Source of the DNA: an uncultured Eubacterium sp.
GTDB lineage: Bacteria; Bacillota; Clostridia; Lachnospirales; Lachnospiraceae
Direction: 5' to 3'
Assembly: GCA_910589595.1 (NCBI GenBank)
Contig: CAJUTM010000011.1
Coordinates: 11,054-75,053 of the forward strand
DNA: 64,000 nt
Shown here: positions 39,858 to 48,703 of the stretch, one piece after another
Position numbering within the stretch: the stretch's first letter is position 1
How the letters are laid out: each line of letters starts with the position of its first letter
Notes under the pieces: generated by a model
The model's input: the letters and a program-made list of their open reading frames with translations, nothing else
Databases searched by the model: none
What the model was told of the DNA's origin: nothing
Translations under genes and position numbers: made by a program

Positions 39858-41284
39858 TATCCCGCTCCTTTCTTACCAAGCACGGCGGCTACCGTGTAAC
39901 AAATTATTTTTATGTCCAGAGAAAGACTCCACTCCATAATGTATTGGGAATCCAAGCGGATAATCTCCTCGAAATCTTCTACGTCGTTGCGGCCGCTCAC
40001 CTGCCACAGACCGGTAAGTCCCGGTTTCGCAGCCAGCCGCTTTCTGTGATGGATTTCGTATTGTTCATACTCGTCAAGCGTCGGCGGTCTTGTGCCGACA
40101 AGGCTCATATCGCCTTTCAGTATATTCCAGAACTGCGGCAGCTCGTCAATGCTGCAGCGGCGCATAAATCTTCCAAACGGAAAGATTCGGGGGTCGTTTT
40201 CAAATTTGGAAATCGGGCCCTTCATGCGGTTCGTATCCATCAAATCCTTTTTTCTCTCCTCGGCGTCCATATACATCGAGCGGAATTTATAAATATAAAA
40301 CTGCCGCCCGTTCTTACCGACCCTCTTTTGTTTAAATATGACGGGGCCGGGACTTTGTATCTTAATAATCGGAGCCACAAACAGAAAAGCAATCCCAAAA
40401 AAGATAAGCCCCACAATAGAGCCGGCAATATCCATAAACCGCTTCAAAAACAACTGCTTCGTCGTCGCACTGTTGATACACATCGTCAGTACCATATAAT
40501 CGCCGAGTTTTGTCACATGCTGATGTACCTCGTATAACATCATTTCTTTTATGTTGCGGTGTATCACCACCCCCATATTGAGGCAGTCTTCGATAAAATA
40601 ATTCGGAACATCCTGCTCTAATGTCGTGTAAATAAACACTTCATCGACAACATGGTTAGAGACGAACTGCAGCGCCTCTCCGGCGCCAAAGATGAGCGGC
40701 TCTTTTATCTTCTGCAAGGCGTCATCCGTCTTCTCCGGTAAGACAACGGCTATCACCCGAAAATCACATATTTCCTGATCTGCAAAATGCTCCAGTACTT
40801 CCTGCGCCATCTCAACATTGGAGACCATCAGCAAAATCTGCCGCTGGTCAATATCGCGACGCATTCTGTGAATAAGAACGGATTTCCATATAATATGCTC
40901 AATATAAATAAGGTATAATCCTATCATCCAGCACATCAATATAACATAACGGGAGTAATTGCTGCTCGTGCGCACGACAAACAGATAGGCTACTAACAGC
41001 AAGGATACGGACGACACTACTTTTGCACACTGCCGCAGCTCCAGCAGATATCCCCGCCGGAGAATATTTTTGTACCCCTCTGTCATAAAAGAGACAAAAA
41101 CGAGAAGCACTCCCATAATAATCGCTAACTGCCGGCAGTCTTCCGTGGCATAGGGATTTTGAAAGCCATACCGCAGGCAGTAACTTATGACAAAAGCAAT
41201 CTGCATCATAACACTATCTAAAATCAGAAAATCTATATGCTTTAAAATACTATGTTCGCTCTTTCTGTACATATCTTCCTCCAA
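39857..41284 (-). CDS. cpsE: Priming polyprenyl-phosphate glycosylphosphotransferase (CpsE-like)
   Basis: KRFMDI, KFRSM, DELPQFWNILKGDMSLVGTRP and KPGLTGLWQVSGR motifs. Confidence 0.92.
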   Translation of the reverse strand: MEEDMYRKSEHSILKHIDFLILDSVMMQIAFVISYCLRYGFQNPYATEDCRQLAIIMGVLLVFVSFMTEGYKNILRRGYLLELRQCAKVVSSVSLLLVAYLFVVRTSSNYSRYVILMCWMIGLYLIYIEHIIWKSVLIHRMRRDIDQRQILLMVSNVEMAQEVLEHFADQEICDFRVIAVVLPEKTDDALQKIKEPLIFGAGEALQFVSNHVVDEVFIYTTLEQDVPNYFIEDCLNMGVVIHRNIKEMMLYEVHQHVTKLGDYMVLTMCINSATTKQLFLKRFMDIAGSIVGLIFFGIAFLFVAPIIKIQSPGPVIFKQKRVGKNGRQFYIYKFRSMYMDAEERKKDLMDTNRMKGPISKFENDPRIFPFGRFMRRCSIDELPQFWNILKGDMSLVGTRPPTLDEYEQYEIHHRKRLAAKPGLTGLWQVSGRNDVEDFEEIIRLDSQYIMEWSLSLDIKIICYTVAAVLGKKGAG

Positions 41285-41335
41285 ACGGGTATGTCATTTG
41301 CACATAATAGGAAATGTTCCCATTTGCATCCCCTA

Positions 41336-42745
41336 TTATTTGAGTCCCTGTTTTTCAATATGATTTTTCTTCGTAACATAGGCGGCTCCCCATGTGAAAA
41401 CGCTGATGCATAAGAGCAAAATACCAAAATACAAAATATTTTCACTGCGCCAGTCCATATAGTGCTGAAAGAGTGCCTGATAGGCCTGCGGTTCTGCCTG
41501 AACTTTTTTCCCCCATAGCAGATTGGTAAGATTTGCCACGATAAAACTCGTTCCTGCCACACCAATCCCATAAGAAAGACCTCGGAATTTACGGTGTACA
41601 TACTTGCTGCCTTTCCATATAAGTATAATGGAAACAACCAGCAGCACAAGTGAACCGATAACGACCATCACACTGATATTCTGTTCTTTCTGGCGCAATT
41701 GGTACAAAAATGAGGCATACGGCGTATCCAGTACTTTTCGGTACCGCTCCATAATAACTTCGGACAGCTTATCTACATTTTGCGGCGGTTCCCTCACCAA
41801 TACAAGCTGCAGCGCTTCTTCTATTTCTTTCTGTCTCTTTTCCAGTTTCGGCAGTTCCCTGCCGTTCAGACGGGCGGTAAAAATACTCTTGGCGTCGCGG
41901 TAAATACCGCTATCTTCCAACGCCAGAAGTTCCACGCCGGAAGCCATTTCCACACCGGAAAAGATTTTCTGTATATCCTCCTGAACAAACTTTGAGCACT
42001 CCTCGAAATAACCGCTTTCCACCGCTGCTGTCTGCCACGTTTCCGGACTGTACGCCCATGAATCATAGACATATACGCTTCCGGCAACAAGAATCGACAA
42101 ACTCATCAGGCTCGCCCCGAGCATAACTAAAAACGCTTTCTTCCGGTGTTTAAACACTTTCAGATAAATCGTCAGCACCAAAATGCAGACAACACAGGCA
42201 ATCAGTATTGTGACTGCCATTTGTCTTTCATTGGCATTCAACTGGCCCGCTATCTGTTCATTTGACGTATATTTCTGTACGGACTCAATCTCGGAAGTCC
42301 GCAATGTTTCTAATTCATTAATCCGCAGTGGCGTCTGCTGAATGGGATATGTCTCGCCATCCTTGCCTGTGACAACTTCCTCTTTCTGTTGTTTATCCTG
42401 TCCGTTTTCCTGCTGACTGCCCTCCTGCTGTCCGTCTTTGTTTTCCTCTCCGAGTCCAAGCTCACTGAGGCTGCGTACTTTTCCCTCTTTTCTCGCCTTT
42501 TCGGCAGTTTCTTGCGGGAGTTTTATCAGATATCCCTCTCTCACGCCACGTTCAACATTTCCATAAATCATCCGAATGCCTTCGTCTGCTTTCTCTGCCG
42601 TTATATCCACACTTTCCTTGTCAAACTCATTTCTCAAGGTTTCCAGATATGCCGGACGCACGGTATAGAGTTCGCCATTGTACTCAAACGTCCCCTCTGC
42701 CACATCCAAAACCCGCTGTTCATTGGCGTTAATCAAGTACCACAC
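41336..42745 (-). CDS. Hypothetical multi-pass membrane protein
   Basis: Long ORF with N-terminal soluble domain, Q/E/K-rich linker and about 5 hydrophobic helices; GGGGG RBS. Confidence 0.7.
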   Translation of the reverse strand: MWYLINANEQRVLDVAEGTFEYNGELYTVRPAYLETLRNEFDKESVDITAEKADEGIRMIYGNVERGVREGYLIKLPQETAEKARKEGKVRSLSELGLGEENKDGQQEGSQQENGQDKQQKEEVVTGKDGETYPIQQTPLRINELETLRTSEIESVQKYTSNEQIAGQLNANERQMAVTILIACVVCILVLTIYLKVFKHRKKAFLVMLGASLMSLSILVAGSVYVYDSWAYSPETWQTAAVESGYFEECSKFVQEDIQKIFSGVEMASGVELLALEDSGIYRDAKSIFTARLNGRELPKLEKRQKEIEEALQLVLVREPPQNVDKLSEVIMERYRKVLDTPYASFLYQLRQKEQNISVMVVIGSLVLLVVSIILIWKGSKYVHRKFRGLSYGIGVAGTSFIVANLTNLLWGKKVQAEPQAYQALFQHYMDWRSENILYFGILLLCISVFTWGAAYVTKKNHIEKQGLK

Positions 42746-42760
42746 CCCCTTTCGTATATA

Positions 42761-43936
42761 TCAATATACTACAATCTTCGATGTAGTATCCCCTTCCGTA
42801 ATAATCATCCCATACGGTGTTCCATATTTCTTGTCCTGCTGCCATGCCATGAGGTGATACTGCTGGCCGCTTTTAAGATTCTTAATCAGCCATGCACTGG
42901 ATAAATCAACCCTTGACACAAGCAATATATCACGCCACAAGCCAAGTTTCTCGTCGTAAAATTTATTTTCCGGTTTATTTCCCGGATTTACGGAGACAGC
43001 ATTTCCTTTTCCGGTCACTTCTGTCTCCAAACGTTTCAGGGCATTAATCACCCCGCTGTTACTCGTCATATCCATACCATCTACGGTAACATGCATCGTT
43101 CCCTGATAAGCACGGTTCACAAAATAAAGCGTACTTGTTGCTTCCGCTTCCTTTACAACAAAGCTGGCAGCGAGCAATGTAGAAGAATCCGGCGTCGGTA
43201 TTTCCTTAATCGCCTGCTCCAGAGTCTTCGGTTTCTCGTCCGGTTTGTCGTCCGGCTTATCGGTTGACCCGCCGTTGCCAATAACAGTCGAATTGCCATC
43301 CGGCACATTCGGCGTCGGCGCAGACGGTGTATCTGCTGCTACATATATTTGAACTTTTTTACTCAGTTTCTTTCCTTTTTTCGTTGTTCCCTTTGTCTTA
43401 ATCGTAATCGTGGCGAATCCACTCTGTACTGCCCGAACTACTCCGTTGGAATCAACGGTGGCAATACTGCTGTTTGAACTTTTATATTCCACTTTGCGGT
43501 TCTTCGCCGTCTTCGGATAAACGAGCGCGCGAACCGATTTTTTGCCGCCCTCCTGCAACATCACATTAGTCGCAGATGAAAGGCGCAGCTCTTTCACATA
43601 GTCAACTACCTTAACTTTTATTTTTATCTTTTTTCTGTTCGATTTCTTCTGCAGGGTTACTTTTGTCGTCCCCGCTTTTTTTCCTTTCACTTTTCCTTTC
43701 GCGGAAATAGTGGCAATTTTCTTATTCGCTACCTGATAGCGGTACTTTCTCCCTGTTTTTTTCTTCTTCCCCTTTTGTGTAATCGTCAAAGAAGCGCTTT
43801 TCCCCCGATAAACGGTAAAGGTCTGCAACCCCTTTGCCTCTGTTTTCTCTAAACCTTTTACTCCAAATAACGAAATACTCTGCGCAAAAATCAAGCTGCA
43901 GGCCATTACAACAGCTAATTTACGTTTTTCTTTCAT
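42761..43936 (-). CDS. Secreted Ig-like (Big_2) domain protein
   Basis: Signal peptide; two SSN..IATV..G.V.A..G.A.IT Ig motifs; Pro/Asp linker; GAGGG RBS before the ATG at 43936. Confidence 0.8.
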   Translation of the reverse strand: MKEKRKLAVVMACSLIFAQSISLFGVKGLEKTEAKGLQTFTVYRGKSASLTITQKGKKKKTGRKYRYQVANKKIATISAKGKVKGKKAGTTKVTLQKKSNRKKIKIKVKVVDYVKELRLSSATNVMLQEGGKKSVRALVYPKTAKNRKVEYKSSNSSIATVDSNGVVRAVQSGFATITIKTKGTTKKGKKLSKKVQIYVAADTPSAPTPNVPDGNSTVIGNGGSTDKPDDKPDEKPKTLEQAIKEIPTPDSSTLLAASFVVKEAEATSTLYFVNRAYQGTMHVTVDGMDMTSNSGVINALKRLETEVTGKGNAVSVNPGNKPENKFYDEKLGLWRDILLVSRVDLSSAWLIKNLKSGQQYHLMAWQQDKKYGTPYGMIITEGDTTSKIVVY

Positions 43937-44079
43937 CAAATCCCTCTTTTCACAAGAGACCCCTTGAACCCATACGGATCCAAGGGATCTTCTCATCATA
44001 AAATATAAATTGTATGAACTAATCCTCCTCACGAGAATATAGCATTTACACGAAATACTTTCATACTATAGAACAAAAA

Positions 44080-46584
44080 TCATTCAGCAAGGAAAGTCAC
44101 CTTTGTAATCTTAACGCTTCCGGTAAAACCTTTTTCACCAGTATTAAGTTTTACAAATGGATTACTAACCTCTGCAGTTTTCACTTTATCCAATGTAACC
44201 TCAATTAATCCTGGTCCACTCATATCATATTGTGGATCTTCCACATTACCTGCGTTTACCATTCCATGGAATGTAAAGTCTTTATCAGAAGTTTCAAACT
44301 CAATTCTGCAGGTCGTATACTTTGAAAAATCAATATCACTTGGCAAATTAACTACTGCCGTCGGTGCCCATTGACCCATACCACCCTCATAGGTGAAAGT
44401 AGGAACTTCTGCTTTAGTAACACTAATATCATTCACTGTAGCAGCCTTAAGAGTAAATGTACCATCAAAACCTTTTTCCGAAGTAGTAATATGAACATGC
44501 AGACTATCCTTAATTTTAGTAGCCTGTTCTTCCGCAAGTACTATAGAATACTCTCCACCTGTCTTTCCATACCAATCACCAACAGCTTCTGAATTCCATG
44601 CATCGCCATTTTTCAAAGCAATATTGAAAGCACGAGTATCTTTTACATCTTCACCTGCTTTATTTTTAACTTCCCATGTAAGAACCAAAGGTGCATCTTT
44701 CGTTATTTTAGTATTATCCACTGGGAACACTGCAACATTCTGCCATTGATCCATACCTGCTTCAACATATGTGAAATCAGCACTTTCTCCCAACGCCTCT
44801 CCTTCTATTACAAGATTTTCAGGAGTAGGTTCTGCTGTATCTGTCGGCTCTGCCGTATCAGTAGGTTCTGCCGTGTCAGTAGGCTCTGCTGTATCTGTCG
44901 GTTCTGCCGTGTCAGTAGGCTCTGCTGTATCTGTCGGCTCTGCCGTGTCAGTTGGCTCTGCTGTGTCAGTTGGTGTTGCTCCATTTTTCACTTTAGCCAA
45001 CTCAAGACCATTATCCTCAGCCCATGCAGCATCTACATCCAAATCATAACTTCCGTCTTCGTTCTTTGTCACCGTTGCAACAGGATCGCCATCAAGGAGA
45101 AGAGTTATTGTGTTATTGGTAATCTTAACAACGTATGCATTTTCAGCGCCTTCTTTTAATACAGTAAACTCAAGTTCGCCATCAGCCGTCTTTGCTGCTG
45201 TTACTTCATATCTCTTTGTTCCGGCAGCTTCTTCAACTACTACCGTTCTCTTGCTAGTATCCTCGGCATTGCGAACTGCCGTAATCACTGTGCCATTGTC
45301 AAGAGCCTTAACAAGGTCTCTGTCCTCTCCTACCCACTTGTTGTAAACTTTCTCTGTATCAAATACTTTTTCAACTTCAGCAATATCATTCTTGCTTACA
45401 GAAACTACTTTTCCTGCTGCTGTTACAAAGTAATCGTCTGTTGCAGCCAAATCCTCATAAACTACTTTCTCGTCATTTTTAACACTAGGCTCGATTACTT
45501 CTGTCTCCGGTGTTGGCGTAGCTGTATTCGTTGGAGCCCCCGTCGGAATATCATCTTTGGCTACAAGAATGATAGAATGAACGGTAATATCTACGTCCTC
45601 TTCACCCTCATATGTTTCTCCACCAGGAACCCATGTATTGAACTTAACCAGAGCGCTATAAGCTATTTTATCTGAATCCAAATCAATCTCATAAGTTACC
45701 GGAGTATCAGCTTCCTCTATGTCTCTGTATTCAGCAGGGGCAGCTCCAGTCGGATTCCAAAATACTGGCGGGTTATCATTTAATAATTGTAATACAATCG
45801 GTGTTCCTCTGTCCGCCAAAGCTTTCTTGTTAGCAGAAACTTTGTAAACTACTTTGCTGTACTTGCTCAAGTCCAAACCTTCCGTGCCGTTCAATGTCCA
45901 TACAACACCGCCGCCGGAATTAGCAGATAACGCCGTGAATGTTGCGGAGCCGTCAGCATTGTATGTAACGTCACCGTCAAGAGCACCATTACCGCCCTCT
46001 GTATCAGCGTTCAATGTAATCTTTTTATCATTCGGTCCAATTGGATAATCGGACGGACCGCTTGTCGGTGGGTTGGATGGATCATCCGTTGCCGGACTTG
46101 TCGGCGGGTTACTTGTAGGCAGGTTACTTGTAGGCGGATTGCCTGTTGACGGATTGGATGGTGTAGGTGTAGCCGTTACACCGCTGCCGCCAGTCTTTGT
46201 TGGTGGTGTAGGAGTATTCTTTGTCGTCCGTCCTCCCTTTTTCTTTACTGTAACCTTGACTTTTTTCTTGTAAGTCTTCTTACCCACTGTAATCTTTGCT
46301 GTTACCGTAGCTTTACCAGCTTTCTTACCTTTGATGGTAACGCTGTTCTTTTTCTTCTTGGAAAGAGATACAATCTTCTTTCCTTTCTTGTTTACAGACC
46401 ATTTTGTCTTCTTTGGCTTTGCTTTCTTGACAGTAATTTTCTTTTTCTTACCAACGGTAATTGTTACCTTGGTTTTACTTAATTTAGGTTTTTTTGCTTT
46501 AGCCGCGTTGCTGACACCGGCATTGCCAAAAACCATGCTTGCTGTCAAAGCAAAAACCAGAACTGATTTTGTAGTTCTTTTCAT
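44080..46584 (-). CDS. Large secreted surface protein with Ig-like domain, Pro/Thr linkers, TDTAEP repeats and putative carbohydrate-binding modules
   Basis: Signal peptide; Lys-rich Big_2-like N-terminus; PT-rich linkers; acidic beta-rich Trp-containing domains. Confidence 0.75.
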   Translation of the reverse strand: MKRTTKSVLVFALTASMVFGNAGVSNAAKAKKPKLSKTKVTITVGKKKKITVKKAKPKKTKWSVNKKGKKIVSLSKKKKNSVTIKGKKAGKATVTAKITVGKKTYKKKVKVTVKKKGGRTTKNTPTPPTKTGGSGVTATPTPSNPSTGNPPTSNLPTSNPPTSPATDDPSNPPTSGPSDYPIGPNDKKITLNADTEGGNGALDGDVTYNADGSATFTALSANSGGGVVWTLNGTEGLDLSKYSKVVYKVSANKKALADRGTPIVLQLLNDNPPVFWNPTGAAPAEYRDIEEADTPVTYEIDLDSDKIAYSALVKFNTWVPGGETYEGEEDVDITVHSIILVAKDDIPTGAPTNTATPTPETEVIEPSVKNDEKVVYEDLAATDDYFVTAAGKVVSVSKNDIAEVEKVFDTEKVYNKWVGEDRDLVKALDNGTVITAVRNAEDTSKRTVVVEEAAGTKRYEVTAAKTADGELEFTVLKEGAENAYVVKITNNTITLLLDGDPVATVTKNEDGSYDLDVDAAWAEDNGLELAKVKNGATPTDTAEPTDTAEPTDTAEPTDTAEPTDTAEPTDTAEPTDTAEPTDTAEPTPENLVIEGEALGESADFTYVEAGMDQWQNVAVFPVDNTKITKDAPLVLTWEVKNKAGEDVKDTRAFNIALKNGDAWNSEAVGDWYGKTGGEYSIVLAEEQATKIKDSLHVHITTSEKGFDGTFTLKAATVNDISVTKAEVPTFTYEGGMGQWAPTAVVNLPSDIDFSKYTTCRIEFETSDKDFTFHGMVNAGNVEDPQYDMSGPGLIEVTLDKVKTAEVSNPFVKLNTGEKGFTGSVKITKVTFLAE
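44828..44971 (-). repeat. 18-bp coding tandem repeat x8 (TDTAEP)
   Basis: Eight in-frame units with synonymous third-position variation. Confidence 0.92.
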
Positions 46585-46634
46585 TTTTACCTTCACTCCT
46601 TCGTCTTTTTAATTAAAACAACTTAATCGTTTTT

Positions 46635-46663
46635 TATCATATCATTGTATCTCTCCCATGTCA
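46635..46663 (-). promoter_or_regulatory. Proximal sigma-A promoter of the surface protein/EPS locus
   Basis: TTGACA-N17-TATGAT with extended TG. Confidence 0.65.
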
Positions 46664-46833
46664 AGCAAATTCCCTTACCATTTCTGACCATTTTTTATCT
46701 TATGTGAAAGCTCCCCCTGTTTTAAGGGCGCTCTGGTTTTGAGAACTTCAGTTCTTTGAAAACTTTAGTTCTTCGGACCACACTTTCCAGACGGCCCTTT
46801 TAAATAAGATAATGAATTGAGTAGAACAAGTAA

Positions 46834-46863
46834 ATTATAATACAATTAAAAAGTTGTTGTCAA
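46834..46863 (-). promoter_or_regulatory. Distal sigma-A promoter upstream of a structured segment
   Basis: TTGACA-N18-TATAAT. Confidence 0.55.
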
Positions 46864-46946
46864 TAACTACTTTAAGGTTTTAGATAAGGTTCCGGCGTAC
46901 GATTAAAATGAAATTTAAAGAGAGTTAAAAGACGAGGAGGCTGCCT

Positions 46947-47258
46947 GTGAAAAATTTAAAAAAATTACGTCAGTCAAGACATTTAAGCCAGCAGAAACTT
47001 GCCGACAAATTTAGTTTAAGTCAACAATCCATTTATAAATATGAAAACAATTTATCGGAGCCGGATATACAGACGCTCAAAAATTTTGCCGACTTTTTTC
47101 ACACTTCCATTGATACGCTTGTCGACTACACACCCGCCGCACAACTTCCCGACAGTTCTTCTCTTTCTTCCGAAGAAACCCACTTACTACACCTGTATCA
47201 CAGTCTGCCGGAAGATATGCGAAAACATGTTCTGGCGCTGTTGGAAGCGCTTGTATAA
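46947..47258 (+). CDS. XRE family helix-turn-helix regulator
   Basis: LKKLR..LSQQKLA..SQQSIYKYE..EPD..L..ADFF.TSID.L; GAGGAGG RBS. Confidence 0.88.
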   Translation: MKNLKKLRQSRHLSQQKLADKFSLSQQSIYKYENNLSEPDIQTLKNFADFFHTSIDTLVDYTPAAQLPDSSSLSSEETHLLHLYHSLPEDMRKHVLALLEALV

Positions 47259-47270
47259 CGGAAGTAGAGG

Positions 47271-48056
47271 CTACCGCCAGCTCGCCGGAAACAGATACCC
47301 CGAATGATTCTCCAGCGTGTCAAATTCATATCCCTGTTCACGAATGTAATCAATTATCTGCGGTAAGACAGCAGTCGTATGATTCATCGCCGCCGAATCA
47401 TGCAGTAAAATAATCGGCTTATCATATCTTGTCAAATCACGTTTGACATTAGCAAAAATCGTCTGCTCCGGCACGTCTGCCCCGACAGAATCTTCCCCCG
47501 AGACATTCCAGTCAAAGCTTCGCACTCCCCGTCTCTGCAGTTCTTCTATCAGACTGTCGACGAAAGAACTGACAAATCCGTTATTGCTCCCCCATGGGAA
47601 ACGGTGCAGCGTCGGTTTTTTGCCGAGTATATTCTCAAGTACTTTCTCCGCCTTATCGTAGTCCGAAAAAAAATGTTCTTTATCCTTGTAAATATTACAC
47701 TGTTCATGGCAGTATGTGTGCACTCCTACCGCATTTCCCTGTTCGAGCGCCCGCTTTATAATTTTTTCTTTTTCCTCTGAAATATCTTTTCCTATTATAA
47801 AGAAACTGGAAACTGCCTTTTTCTCTTTCAGTATATCCAAAATCTTTTCCGTATTGTAACTCGGCCCGTCATCAAAGGTAAGATATGCTACTTTTTTCCC
47901 TTTTTCTTCCTGCTTGTTTTCTTTCTCAAGCTGCGACATCAGACGCGCGGCCGGCACATAGACACCGCCGTTTTTTTTGTTCTCCCCGCGTCCTGCTTCA
48001 TAAAAAACCAAAACCATAAGTACACAGACACAAATAATGTAAACGGATTTTCTCAC
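47271..48056 (-). CDS. Polysaccharide deacetylase (CE4/NodB family), membrane-anchored
   Basis: YLTFDDGP, HTYCH, RFPWG, DWNVSGED and ILLHD motifs; N-terminal TM. Confidence 0.88.
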   Translation of the reverse strand: MRKSVYIICVCVLMVLVFYEAGRGENKKNGGVYVPAARLMSQLEKENKQEEKGKKVAYLTFDDGPSYNTEKILDILKEKKAVSSFFIIGKDISEEKEKIIKRALEQGNAVGVHTYCHEQCNIYKDKEHFFSDYDKAEKVLENILGKKPTLHRFPWGSNNGFVSSFVDSLIEELQRRGVRSFDWNVSGEDSVGADVPEQTIFANVKRDLTRYDKPIILLHDSAAMNHTTAVLPQIIDYIREQGYEFDTLENHSGYLFPASWR

Positions 48057-48069
48057 TGATACCGCTCCC

Positions 48070-48096
48070 GCATATATTGTCTGTAACAATATATGC
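48070..48096 (-). promoter_or_regulatory. Perfect 11-bp inverted repeat containing a CATATATT sporulation-sigma-like -10
   Basis: GCATATATTGT-N5-ACAATATATGC just upstream of the deacetylase RBS. Confidence 0.4.
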
Positions 48097-48122
48097 AAGA
48101 TTCGGATTTCGGTGAGTGCGCC

Positions 48123-48676
48123 AGCAGGGCAATCGCTTAATCATTTGTCTCTCCGAATTTGTGCATTGTGCGGGTATCATGCGATATCGTTATCCTTGTA
48201 TCACTCCCCGAAAAATTATTATTTCTTTTCGTTTACAGAGCGCCGCCCGAGCATTGTCTGAGATGTCTGCTGTCGTTTTTCCCTGACTTTTGGCAGCCCG
48301 TTTGCACTAGACCGCTACGCAGCGGTGCTAATGCACCACCGTAGCTATTATATCCATACTGCGGACAGATGCAAAGCATCTGTTCGGGTAAGAGGGCTGT
48401 CATAAACAAATACATTTGTTTTTAGCAGCCCTCTTACCCGAAATGGCGCCTTTGGCGCCGTCCGCAGTAATTAGTAACAAATGGTGGTGCATAAGGACCG
48501 GCGAGCGGTCAATGCTGCAAAAGTCAGGAAAAAACGACAGCAGACAGCGAGTTTTGCGAAAGGGCGGCGAAAGATTTCTGTAAACAAAAAAAATAATGTA
48601 TTTTTCGCTGGGAATGGATACCGGATGAGATACCGCATGATACCCGTTGCCCTGAAATGATTAAGCAATCGCCCCT
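48123..48676. repeat. 554-bp non-coding branched fold-back (nested inverted repeat) element with 8-bp flanking direct repeat; MITE-like or structured ncRNA/ssDNA
   Basis: At least ten nested arm pairs symmetric about ~48413; AGTGCGCC at 48115-48122 and 48677-48684. Confidence 0.85.
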
Positions 48677-48703
48677 AGTGCGCCGGTGAGCCTATAAATG
48701 AAA

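Noticed and set aside
38844..39899. 351-aa plus-strand ORF and many similar antisense ORFs (e.g. 7933-8577, 36399-37091, 54057-54689, 62606-63271)
   Set aside because: They are shadows of well-supported minus-strand genes and have no motifs or RBS.
44828..44971. Regular repeats as a possible CRISPR array
   Set aside because: 18-bp units with no spacers, in frame in a CDS with synonymous variation; no cas genes.
48159..48668. Short ORFs (60-65 aa) inside the fold-back element
   Set aside because: No RBS or recognisable motifs; they look like by-products of the palindromic sequence.
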